Shown here in pieces: positions 14,021 to 25,384 of a DNA stretch of 64,000 nucleotides; position 1 is the first letter of the stretch; each line of letters begins with the position of its first letter. The translations under genes were made by a program, and so were the position numbers. The stretch spans positions 75,270,001 to 75,334,000 of the forward strand of contig NC_045697.1 in NCBI RefSeq assembly GCF_009834535.1. Direction: 5' to 3'. The notes beneath the pieces were generated by a model, which saw only the letters and a list, made by a program, of their open reading frames with translations, had not been told where the DNA came from and did not search any database. The DNA is from Camelus ferus. Lineage: Eukaryota.

Positions 14021-14974
14021 TGTCAAGTTCACTTACTGTCCTGTGTTGAAACTGTAACCATCCTCAACTGCATATTCTTAGAAGTAAAGTATGATGATAC
14101 ACACACGGCGTACACCCAGAAGGAAGAACGCTAATGCGGGATAACAGATTCTGATGAATAAGCCTGAAACATCCAAGTACCAAAGGCAGCACTGTTATTA
14201 GTCACCTACTCCGGGAAGTGGAGAGGCGGAGGTCAGACACATCCCAGGTGAAGAGGTCCACCAGGCCTAGGCCCGAGGCTGACATGCAGTTGCAGCTGGG
14301 AGACTGGGCGAGTTCTGAGATGACTGTGCTTCTCTCCATGAAAACCTGCCTGCCTCTGCCTTCTACCTCCCCTCACAGGGGCTGATTCCTCAAGTACTGC
14401 TGATCTCCAAGTATCGTGCGCCCTGAGTTCCCAGCAGGGGACTTATTTCAAACCACAGGGGTCAGTGGTTTTTCAAACCACAGGTTTGATCAATCAATTC
14501 TATGAGTGATGAGCAGTATTTAACAAAGTGAGAGAGAATGGAACAGAACAAGAAAGCAGTGCAGAGCAGAACAGAAGGGGAATGACTAAAAAGAAAAAAA
14601 TTTCACTACATCATTAGAGTATTTATTGTTGAAACTTTTTTTTTCCAGGGATGTGTATGTGTGTACTTGATCTCAATGTAAAATATATTTCTTCGGTACA
14701 GACTCTCTCCAGCCAGGCTTCTTGCTAATCATGTCATTAAAGTGTCATAACTGAAAAAGCAAGCAAGGCCAATACAGTGAAAGCCACATTCTTTCATTCA
14801 TTTTCTTTAAGTCCTACTGACACAGTTGTCATCGTGACATAGCATTCTTTGCTAATACACTTTGACATACTCAAATTTAAAGCTGAAAAAGAGCTCTATG
14901 TATAAGTTCTCCCCCACCAGCTTTTTAACCAATGGAATCAAATTCCTCTACAGAGCTTTGTTATTATTTGAAGG

Positions 14975-15140
14975 CTTGTGTTAGAAGTCAGATGGTCCAA
15001 GTTCCCACAGAAGCTCCTTTGTCACAGGCACCATTTGTAGTACACTGGGCAGAACATGACACATCTCCTAATTTGCTTCCCTCATATGTAAAATGAGGGA
15101 GTTAAATTAAGTGATTTCTAATGCATCTCCCAGTTCTAAC
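14975..15140 (+). mobile_element. MIR/MIR3 fragment
   Basis: MIR core ttccctcatatgtaaaatgaggga. Confidence 0.55.
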
Positions 15141-18064
15141 TATAGCCCCTTTAGCCTGCTGTACAAGTTCTTGAAACTTGTAGATGATGAAAGGTTCTCT
15201 GGGCTCTTTTTATAAAGCTCTCCATCGTGATTAACAATGATTAAGCACATTGAAGGAATCCTCTTATTTGGTTACTAAATATTTAAGCACTATTAAGGGT
15301 CTACCAGGTTGAAAGTAAATGTTAAGGAGGTTTTTCACACTAAAAATTAACAAATAATTATTTATAAAATAGCAAGTAGCAAAAAAAATTACCCTTTAAG
15401 ACATAGTTCAAGTTATAAAAACAAGCATTATATATTGATTAAAATATATATGTGCATGTAATATGTAACATTTCATGAACATGAATAATAGAAACTTGCA
15501 TATTCATTGCTATAACAATAAGTGCATCGTAGAGAAACAAATTGGAGGCCATTTAAATCCCAAGCATTCAAATAAATAGCGTTCAAGAAACAAAAGCACC
15601 TATCTTGATAGGAATCTACACAGCTTTCTTTCATCACCAGTGAGTGATGAGTCAGGGCAGAGCAAAGAGTTTGGGGTGATAAGACGTAATTCTCGGGGTA
15701 TGCATTCATCTAACCTGGGGCACTTTTTACCAGGCTTTCCTGAGAGCCATGAGAAATCATGAAGACTTGGTTGCCTGACTCCTGACAATTTGAAGTTAAC
15801 CATAAAAGGATTCATTTTTGATATGAAGATTTTTTTGTTTTGTTTGTTTCTAGAAGGACTTCCAGAACATCTGAGCAGGCAAAGGGGCTCAGAAGTTTAA
15901 CCAAGCTCAAGGTGGATACCCACGAATGTGACAAAAGAATACCAGCCAAGAAGAGAACGTGGAAAAGAGAGGAGAGAGGACTGGGGAGAGACTGTGTGAG
16001 GACACGCCCACATTCGTGGGCAGAAGGTTGTGGAGGAATCAGTGCAAGAAGTAAAGAGGAATGAGCCAGGGAGGAAAGGAAAACATGCAATATTAACAGA
16101 AGCAAGGGCTATACAGGTACGAAGTATAGGCAACAGGCCACGGAGCACAGAGGATGGTTACCAGAAAAAAGACTTGGAGGTTTCAAGCGACAAATTAACA
16201 CAATGCTTGTTGAGCCAAATTTCAAAGGGTTAAGATGAACTGAAGCCAGAATGAGCAAGTGAACACTATTATTTGAATGTTAGCTGTCATTTTAGTTGGT
16301 TTTAAATGACAATTCCCCCACTGTCCCCCCCCCCCCCACTTGGATAAAGGTTTTTAGTTCATTACCGGATAGAAACTCTTACTGGCAAACAGTTTGTTTC
16401 CAATATGTTCAGAGGAATTTATTGCAAACCCCAATGAGATGACATTCACTCTCAATTAACATTATTAAAATACTTCCAAATTACTTGAATCACGAAAAAA
16501 ATAACTCACATAAAACAAAAAAGTAAAGGTAATGGAATGGGAATAATGAGACCCAAATTTCAGAGTCCTCTTAGCAGGACAGGCTGACACTCAAAGAGGG
16601 TTGTAAACCTTCCAAATTCTCAGCAAGCTCTTTGGGCTCCAGGCCCCGTGCGGAAAGTGTCAGGAAGCTTGCCTTTGCACAGGCTGTCTTACTTTGGAGA
16701 ATATCAAATTAATGCTGTTGGCAGCAGACTCTAACATGTTGTTCAATTATTTTGGTTCCTGTGCTTAAATAACTAATATTGCCATGGTGTGAGGACCTCC
16801 ACTCATCGTGATCGTGTTCTTAATGTCTGCTATAATCTGACTTCTGCGTAATTTCACCAATTACTCAATTACGTGCTATTTTGCTTACTTTTTTACAGCA
16901 TAACCAGACTTACGATCCCTTTTAATGTTAGCACTCAATACAAGAAATGTGATTACATATGTGGGTATGTGTTTATTTTGTCTTGTTTTGTTCTATTTTA
17001 CAATTCTTGGCCTTGGTGTAATTGAGTTTATTTGTTTCCTTCGTGTCCATCACACACATTGGTTTAGCTACTCCAATTCCTCTTGGTGGGAAAAAGTTAG
17101 CAGCCACTTTCCATTTTGTGCAGGAGCACTTGACCTTACTTATTTCTGTAATGGTGGTAGGAATAATGACATCAGCACAGTAACTAAATGCACTTTCCTC
17201 TTCCGGTTGCTCAGTAAGATGAATATTATTAACCATAATAGGTTGCTATTATTATTGTTATCCTGTTTTACAGATTTAAAAAAAAAGGGACCAGAGAATA
17301 AGTGGCTTTTCCAAAGACATTAAGCTAGTCAGTGGTGAGCCAGAATTTAGAAAAATTCCCTTAGGAACTCTGTTAGGAAACTGTAGTGCTGCAGGGTTGT
17401 TACAGAGCATCTGATTCTCTGAATGGTAGGGGGGGGGGGGGTCAAAAGTAAAGGAAAAACAGAAGCAACAGCAGGCTCTAAACCTGGACAATTCCCTCCT
17501 ATCTGATCAGAGTGTGAAGGATGCCAGCCAAACCAAATTTAAGCGATTGAGGACAGGCCATTGAGAAGGCCTCTGCTTTGCTGATGTCAGTGGGCACATG
17601 GTGTCACTTAGGTGCAGAAAGATGAGTACCGGGGACTGTATGGCAGTTACAAAGAGAAAAGAAGAGAAAATAGGATGTATCCAACAGCGTTCCCTTCTAC
17701 TTGAGGCAACACCATAATTTAATGGGAAAAAGTAGGAGAAAGAGAGGGTGTGTGAGTGTGTGTGTGTAGTTTCCTTGCTGATAGTGATCTATCCCTGGCA
17801 GGGAGGCAAGTAAAGGCAGAAATGAAAATAATGTTCTGTCATTATGTGACTGCCTTTGTATCCATGAAGTGCTAACATACTTTGGCTGCTCAGAGTAGCA
17901 GTTGGCATCAACAGAGGGTTTGGGTTCTGGTATGGTGTTTAATGTATCTAGAGTTATACCCATGCCATTAGAAAATATAAGCAGGAAGAGTAAAATGAAG
18001 GTCAATATTTCCTTTTAAATCCATATTGTACGGATATTGTATCCACATTGTATATTGTAGCGTA

Positions 18065-18340
18065 CTGTAGCAGCACGGCCTGATAGTTAAATATGCAGGT
18101 TTTGACACCAGATGGCTTCAGTTCATATTTTGACTTTCTCTACTTACTGCTGTGTGGCTTGTACAAATTGCATAACCTCTTCACGTCTCAGGAGAATTAT
18201 TGTTTTATCATTTATAAAAACAAGGATGATATTAGAACTTCCTTCAAAGGGCTGCCAAGAGAATCAAAAAAATTAACTTGAACGAAGCATTTGGAGTAGT
18301 GCCTGGCACAGAACAAATAATCAATAAATGGAACCTCTTA
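18065..18340 (+). mobile_element. MIR, near full length
   Basis: MIR head, core (ttttatcatttataaaaacaaggat) and tail (gtagtgcctggcacagaac ... tcaataaatg). Confidence 0.7.
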
Positions 18341-21300
18341 CTATAATTTAACGTGTGCTATAACTACTTACAAGCCAGTTTAAGGAAATAAGATAATCCG
18401 AAAGATCACTCTTTTCTTCCAGTCCCCAGAAGAAAGAGCATTCTTATTCCACACTATAAAGCATAATCTGGAGAGCTAACATTTTTAAGGAAATGTTTGG
18501 ATAAATCCATACCTTTAGAAAGTTTCTCCTCCTAATTGTGAAGCTCTGTGTTGCCACGTAATGCCCTTACTCATTCATTGGTTCTATTTATTTGTTTGCT
18601 TCAGACAGGGTAGGACAGTTAAAATGTCGTGTGATAATGAAATATTGAAATTTAAGCTATTGTGTGTACTAAATGATATAAGTAGAGTCAGTTAATTAAA
18701 TTAGACACTGTAATATATTTAAAATGATATCTGATGCACATTTGTCTTTTTTATCTGAGTAGGGAAAAGAGAGAAGTAACTTTTTAAAAAACATTTACTA
18801 CTTTTGTGTTTTGCTGATTTTATTTCTACATTTATTATTTGGGTCACATAGATAAAGCTAAACTAGTATCAAGATCCCACAAATATAATCTATTATACAG
18901 GCTCAGTGGTTGTGGATAAATGTTAGAAAAATACTTCTGTATTTAGTGCTACATAAACTAATTGAGTTAAAATACAGCAATTTAGATCTGGTATTGAAAT
19001 CCCCTCTGCCTTCAAGGTTTCTGATTTAATTTACCATTACTAAGACAAGGATCTATGGCATGAACTCTCCCTAAGGACTCTGAGTAGATATTGGTGTTAT
19101 TCATGGCCTTCCTTCCTTGGTTTGAACCAAAAGAAGTGGGCACTAAACCAAAGTTGTTATCTTGAGAGACTCATTGGGAAGCCACTACTCAAAATATTTG
19201 GATGGTGACATGGTGACTTTTCTTCCTGTGGACAGATGTTCCTATCAAAAAAAAAAAAAAAAAAAAAAAGAACCCTCCCATATTTTATATCAGTTGACTT
19301 CTATGTTGGGGAGAATGATTTATATTTGCCCTAAAGAAAATAACAATTAGAGAAAAATTACTGTCATTTTCTAGTTTCTGGCAAGCGTGGCCAGAGGAAG
19401 AGAACTTAACTTCTGTTTCCCTTAAACAGCAATACTAAATTTCTGTTACACATTCCATATTTAATCCTTCCATGTAATCTTAAAGCAGTCCTACCAACAC
19501 AAAAATCTATTTATTATTATTAATTTTGTTTTGGGGGGTTTTGTTTCAGATCTTATTTTAAAAATGATCTGAGAAGAGGAAAATAAATATTTAATTAACT
19601 AGGAGCAGCTTTCTCTCCTTTCTATAGATGAATACAAGGGACTAGAGTATAATGAAGTAAAATGACTTCAAAAGGCCGTCAGGGAGTCAGAGACAGAAAT
19701 CAGCTTGTAGTTCACTTTGATGTTACATCAGTACCGAAGAATGAACAGCCAGAGTGATTGAGTCTAAAACAGTAAATATATTGAGTATTATAAAAGGCCT
19801 CTGTAATTTAACAGATTATTTTAGTGTCCATTTAAAATGATTGTGCAGGGGAAAGGAGGCGACAATATTCTCCTAGAACAGAATACATCAGTTACCCTTC
19901 TGTTACGTTGCTTTCTCGACTTTAAACATAAGATTTGAAACATTCCGGGAAGGAGTCTGTATCGGAGGGGAGTCCTACAGAAAGACTAGGGCAGGGCCAG
20001 AGTCACAGCCGGAGTGAATTTCAGTAACCTTGTCCCTTGCTCTCTCTCCTCAGGCAAAGAAATAAAATGATGGATGCCCATACTTAGATTATCATTAAAA
20101 TAGTTTTCTTGTTATTCACGAGGTAACCTTCACTTGTATCAACCATCAGTTCTCTATTATCCACAGTGAGAGAAAAGAAACTTTAGTGTAGATTGTTTCT
20201 AATATTTTACATTTTGGAAAATTTCATTTTCAAAATGATTTTCTTTCCCAATTACGTTTAGCGTCAGTTGATGTCCAGAGGACAGAGCAAATATTTATCC
20301 TCTGGAAGGAGAAAGTTGGGCAGGGGTTTTAAAAAAAGAGTCACTGATAATTTCAGAAAGTGAAGAGATCACCTATGGAAAATACGGTCTATAGCTTATT
20401 TCAATGAGCACTTTCATGAGTGTTCGTGTGTGCAAATAGACATAGCATTTGTATTAAAAAATGCAATATGCAAATATTAGTATTCTCTAACCAACTTCCT
20501 CAAACTTCTGTTTCAATGAATTTCAAGCATTTTTCTCTCACAGCATAACTTCATCCAAACCACCGTCCTTCAAGTGTTCAAATTATATCAGAAAATAATG
20601 GAATCTGAATTTACACTAAACCAGTTTCAGATTCTTTTTAGAGACACATGCCAGGAAGCTTATCTACATTTAAAATATGATTTCCACAGTTCTCTTCATA
20701 GCTTTTAAAAAACATTTCAAAATCATACACCATTAAATTCAAATTAATCTGCTGGTCTCAAAAAGACAAAATAAGGAGTAAAGACTAAAAGAAGCAATTA
20801 CAAACAGAAATCCAAATGATTTTTCATTTACAAAAAAATCACTGTTAATTGCAAGGGTAAATTGATTTTATAAATTGATTTTTTTCCCCTTTAAGGTGGC
20901 CTGTAAAAGTCAATACCTCACACTCCAGAGGTGATGTCAAGCAATGGTGCACTTAATCAGAATATATTTATCCATATGATATTAAACATTTTGTTTGGTA
21001 TTACTTTTGATTTGGAAAATTTGCAAGTCTCTTTAGAAATTTAAATCTATAAATATTGACATGTTAGTAACAGTCCTGCAATCTAATTTACTGCATACAC
21101 GTATACATACACACACTACCTTTTAAAACCTATAATAACAGATGCAAATGTAAAGTCAAATTAAAACATTAATGTGAATAATTCAGCAAAATCATTTCTG
21201 CTACTTCTGTATCGATCACCTGAATACTAAGACATTCAATTTTCTAGGTCAGTTTCCAGTCATAACTCATAACTGTTTCTTCGAAAGCAAACCTAAGAAT

Positions 21301-23169
21301 GAGAATTTTAACACCTCTGGAAAACAGTGCATTTTCTGTGGGGGTTTCTAAATCTTTCCTGAAATTCAAAGGCGAGTCTTCCAGAAGTGATTTATAAATA
21401 ACCCACCTTGCCAATAGGACAAGTAGAATTCCTATAAATAAGGATGTCTTCTTCATATGAAATCAGGCTATGGTGAATTAGGAAAACCCTGGGGCCCATT
21501 TAGCCTCATTTCCACTTTTGTAGATTAATGAATTTTAATTTCTTTAATAATTTATTCTGCAATCGCAATAAAAATTCTATCTTAATTCTCTATTCTGAAA
21601 GTAAATGAGAAAATAAAATTAACAATTATTCAATTTTCACTTAAGGAGAAGAAGACCAAAGACTGAGTTTCTAATATGCCTATTTGAAGTTACATCCTAT
21701 AGTCTCTTGTTCCTGTATCTCTGACATACATATAGTTCAGTATCATCAACCAAAGATTGGGGAGAGAGAGAGAATCAAACTTCTTAGGCCTCAGGATGAC
21801 ACACATAATCAGCTAGTTTTATCAGTTGGCATTTTACTTACAAATCTTCTCAACCAATCATATTTTTCCTATTATGATCGATAAAAATACAGCTCAACTG
21901 CATTTTAATTCTAAAGTTTTTCTCCATAAAAGGGTATGGGATCTTCCCTTTCAAATAGTCTTTCTAATTTCCATTCCATTATTGAAAATAAGAGTACTAA
22001 GAATTTAAGTAACCACATAACGAGTGAAGGAAAGAAGATAAAGAGACCCATAAATATTCAAAGAATTCCTCTTCTTACTTCAAAGAAGAGAGATTTTTTT
22101 TCTGTTTATTCTTTCCTAATAGTACACATTTTAGATCACCTGCTAAACAAGCAAGAATCCAGAATATACAATAGATAATGCTCTTATTTTCCAGTTATCT
22201 TTCTGTGATTCAACTCAATCCTTTATTTTATGTTACCTTTGTCTCTGATTAGTTGCTATTTTCTCATAAACCCAGTGTCAAATTTTAAGGGTCTGGCATT
22301 GCAGTTAAGTAAATATAATGAAATAATTCCATAGAACCACTAAGTTATGGGGTGCATATAAGAAATTCAACTCAAAAAAAAAAAAAGAAATTCAACTCAT
22401 TTGTAAAATAAATAAATAAATCTTCAGTTTAAGACATGCAAAGTAGAACTGCAAAGTAACCTCTTTAAGGAGCAGATATTTGAAAAGAGAAAAAAGGCGA
22501 ACATCTATATGCAGATATACTGTCAAAACATAAAGGACAAGCCTGTTTCTGGGGCGCATCCTGAAGTCTAGCTGTGTAACCCTATGGCTATTGGCAGTAC
22601 TGACATAACTGATAATTCAATTTAGGAACATCAGGTGTTACGGCCCAATGGTGATGGAAACAAAGTTCTTTACAGAAACTCACAGAACGTACATGGATTA
22701 GAATTAAAAGGAACCTCAAAGATCATTGGGTCCATCCCTCCGTTCTTGGCTGAACTAAACAGGTCTTTTCAACAACTGATAAGGTAGAATTTGAAGTTAG
22801 TAGCATTAGAGAAAAGTTTGATGATTAGGACTGAGAGCATCCTTTCTTTGTAATCTTTGACTCATCTAAGAGAATGTCAAGTTTATTCCTATTGAAAATA
22901 GGGTGTTTCCCAGGGAAGAGAAAAAAGGAATGAGAGTAATCTTGTAAGTGTGGAGGTATGTGCACATGCGTGAGAATATGCACAGGACATGTATGTATGT
23001 AGTGTGTGTGCAGATGTATAGTTTCTTACTTCCCTTTGAGAGCATAAAAAAAAAATCCTTTAGCTGCAGGCTTTGTATTCGTTTGAGAGGATAGCTGAAA
23101 TGTTTGACATTTCAAAGCCCAGGAAGCAATCTGGAAATGCAAAAGTGTCCCCGTGAGAGGGCAGTAGGG

Positions 23170-23665
23170 GGCCAACCGCGGGCAAGTCTTTCCTCGTTGT
23201 GCATCCAGGACTGGCCTTGGCTGTCAACCTTCACCCTGCTGCCTACGCTGGGGGCAGGGGCAGTGGAGGACACCGGGATCGCGCACAGCGGCCGCAGCAG
23301 GCTCCTCTCATAAAACAGGGAAACCAGGGATCTGTGGGGGCAATAAGCCGCCTTCATGGGTTGACAGTTGAGCTGAACGAGGTGCCTGTGCTGTTTAGCA
23401 AGCTGGCTCCCCACAAAAGGAGCGGAAGGGGGAGTTGTAGCGGTTCCCAGTGCCCACAGGGCCCCCTCTCCTGGCCGCTGCGCGCTGGCCACAGCGGGTG
23501 CCAAGTGTGCACGATCGTGTCTCTATGTGTGTCTGTTTGTGTAACTGTTTGAGTGGCTGTCAATCTATCTGTCTGACAGAGGTGCTCGCGGAAAGTTCCC
23601 TCTGGAAAAAACACATCGGGAGTCTCCCTTGCTATGCCGCAGGCGCCCTAGCGGCCCGCACCTAC
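23170..23665. promoter_or_regulatory. Small intronic CpG island
   Basis: CpG-dense patch (ccgcgg, gcggccgc, gcgcgc, ctcgcgg), separated from the main island by an AT-rich spacer and a MIR. Confidence 0.65.
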
Positions 23666-23841
23666 AATGCTGTCACTCACTTCATTATTTTGCTTCCTCT
23701 CGGATGATTTATTTACAGTTCTTTAGGAGTGAAAAATACTCATCCATTGAGGTTTTCTCTATGTGACCTTCTTGAAAGTGAGAGAGTGGCTGGAAAGAAA
23801 GGAGAACCCGAAAAAAGGTAAATTCCCCCTTCAGATGGTAA

Positions 23842-24078
23842 AATATAATGGTTAAGAGCCCAGGACCTGGACTCAAAGACTGTCTGGATTTGAATCCTGG
23901 TCTGCCACTTATAGTAACTGTTGTCCTTGGGCACACAGCTTCCACTCCATGCCTCAATTTCCTCACTTGCAGGTTAGGGAGAGTAACAGCGCCTAGCTCA
24001 TAGGGTTGTGAAGACTAAACACGTGTAAAACGCTTAAAACAGTGCCTGACACACAGCAGTTGCTATGTGTTAGCTACT
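23842..24078 (+). mobile_element. MIR, near full length and well preserved
   Basis: atggttaagagc ... ggatttgaatcctggtctgccactt ... ccttgggca ... gcctcaatttcctcac ... catagggttgtgaagactaaa ... aacagtgcctgacacacag. Confidence 0.85.
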
Positions 24079-24410
24079 CACATCATCTGCGGCATCGCTG
24101 TGTTAAATCTGGAGAAGGACCATTCTGGTCACTTCCCCCACCTGTATGCACTAGATCCCTGTACATGCCCGGATCCCAAAGCAGAGATGAGACGGTACCC
24201 TAACCTGCCCGCTCCACGCCCTCCCGTACTTAAAGCCACCTAGCCTCCCGCGCCCGCATAGACCTGCTTCTGGGAACCCCTTGTCAGCTGTCTTGGGCGC
24301 CACACCTGGGGGCGGAAGGTCGAGAGGAGCAAAGGCAAACGAATTGTCGAGAGTGCCAGTCCCTCTACCTCTCCTGCCCTCAGAGTGGGTATTTTGGGGT
24401 ATTTTCCTAC

Positions 24411-24632
24411 CTGCCCCAGGTTTTTGCCCTTCTTACTGCCGCCGAAAGCCAGTCCTTGGTATGTGCCCGCAGATCGATTGGCGGCCTGGGCAGGCGTCTC
24501 CCCTCCCAGAGAGGACTTGATGGAGTTGAGTTTGGCCCGAGAGCTGCCGAACTGTGAACTCTCCACCATCAGCACCGCAGCCAGTAGGAGCAGGCAGCGG
24601 GACGAGTCCTTGCCCCGCATCAACACGGCCAT
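24411..24632 (-). CDS. DKK2: Dickkopf-related protein 2, coding part of exon 1 (74 codons: signal peptide plus N-terminus)
   Basis: Translates to MAVLMRGKDSSRCLLLLAAVLMVESSQFGSSRAKLNSIKSSLGGETPAQAANRSAGTYQGLAFGGSKKGKNLGQ, near-identical to the mammalian DKK2 N-terminus as recalled. Strong Kozak context (gagATGg), hydrophobic signal core LLLLAAVLMV, N-glycosylation sequon NRS, and a canonical phase-0 donor CAG|GTAGGA. Lies within the ORF-track entry 24240..24692. Confidence 0.97.
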
Positions 24633-25355
24633 CTCCGGGCGAGGGGTCCCCGGGGAGGAGCAAAGCCCGCAGGGGTGCGGATGCAAAAGCACGAAGGACC
24701 CCCAACACGGGGCCCCTCACTTGGGGCGATGGGGCTCGCAGACTCTGTTCCCCCAACTCCACTTGGCTTTGGGGGCCCAGCACCGTGTGAACTCAGTCTC
24801 ACGCCTCAGACCAGGAGCGAGCGCGACCCAAGCAAGACCCGCTTCTCCGCCAGGGCAGGAAGTTCTGCAGTAACTGGAAGCAATCAAAGGCAAGGCGCCT
24901 TCTCGCCAAGGAGGCGTGACCTGAGGTGCAAGAAGACCCAGTCCCGCGGACCGCACCGCTTCCCTTGCTCCTTGCCCCGCACCTCCGAGGTCCCGCCCGG
25001 TTCTCCGCGGTCCAATCCTCCTCTTAACTGCTCAGGAAGTCCACACTAGTTTCTTCTTCGGCCTCAGTCGCTTTTTTCTCCTCTTTTCCTTCCCTAACCT
25101 TTACTTCTCAACCTTTGCAGGACATAAGTCCTCCTTTTCAATGTTAGCGGGCACTGTAATGGGGGATCAGGAACCGCGTCCCAGACGCGATCCTTGAGGT
25201 CTGAGGCCAGCCGAGCTCCCCAACGCACGCACGCACAGTCGCCCCGAAGCGTTGTTCTCCAGTTCACAACCCAGCAGCAGCCAACTGCTACCACCGACGC
25301 TGCGATGCCCTGGGAGCGGTCTTGCGCTCCCCGCGGTCTCCCTCTCTGTGTGCTC
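24633..25355 (-). other. DKK2: DKK2 5'UTR (TSS inferred about 30 nt downstream of the TATA box)
   Basis: GC-rich stretch between the TATA box and the ATG, containing only one upstream ATG. The TSS position is inferred, not observed. Confidence 0.65.
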
Positions 25356-25376
25356 TCTCACCGCCGCCCCCTTTGC

Positions 25377-25384
25377 TTTTTATA
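25377..25384 (-). promoter_or_regulatory. TATA box of the DKK2 promoter
   Basis: The minus strand reads gcTATAAAAAgc inside an otherwise GC-rich island, in the correct orientation. GC boxes at ~25413-25418 and ~25468-25473, and CCAAT at 25552-25556, lie upstream. Confidence 0.75.

Larger units (their letters stand above)
1..24410 (-). other. DKK2: DKK2 intron 1 (proximal part; continues beyond the window start)
   Basis: Begins at the GT donor at 24410. No cysteine-rich DKK exon 2 sequence was recognised in the window, consistent with the known very long first intron. Confidence 0.85.

Noticed and set aside
16325..17441. C13 run (16325-16337) and G13 run (17429-17441) bracketing 1.1 kb
   Set aside because: There is no complementarity beyond the homopolymers, so these are most likely independent slippage tracts.
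19943..19951. Perfect STAT GAS site TTCCGGGAA (also AP-1 TGAGTCA at 15648-15654)
   Set aside because: Isolated single motifs without clustering carry too little information.
24240..24692. 150-aa ORF as a complete protein, or a GTG-initiated N-terminal extension of DKK2
   Set aside because: The C-terminal part is read-through into intron 1 past the donor. The 20-codon upstream extension follows a nearby in-frame TGA (24717-24719) and has no support against the strong-Kozak ATG.
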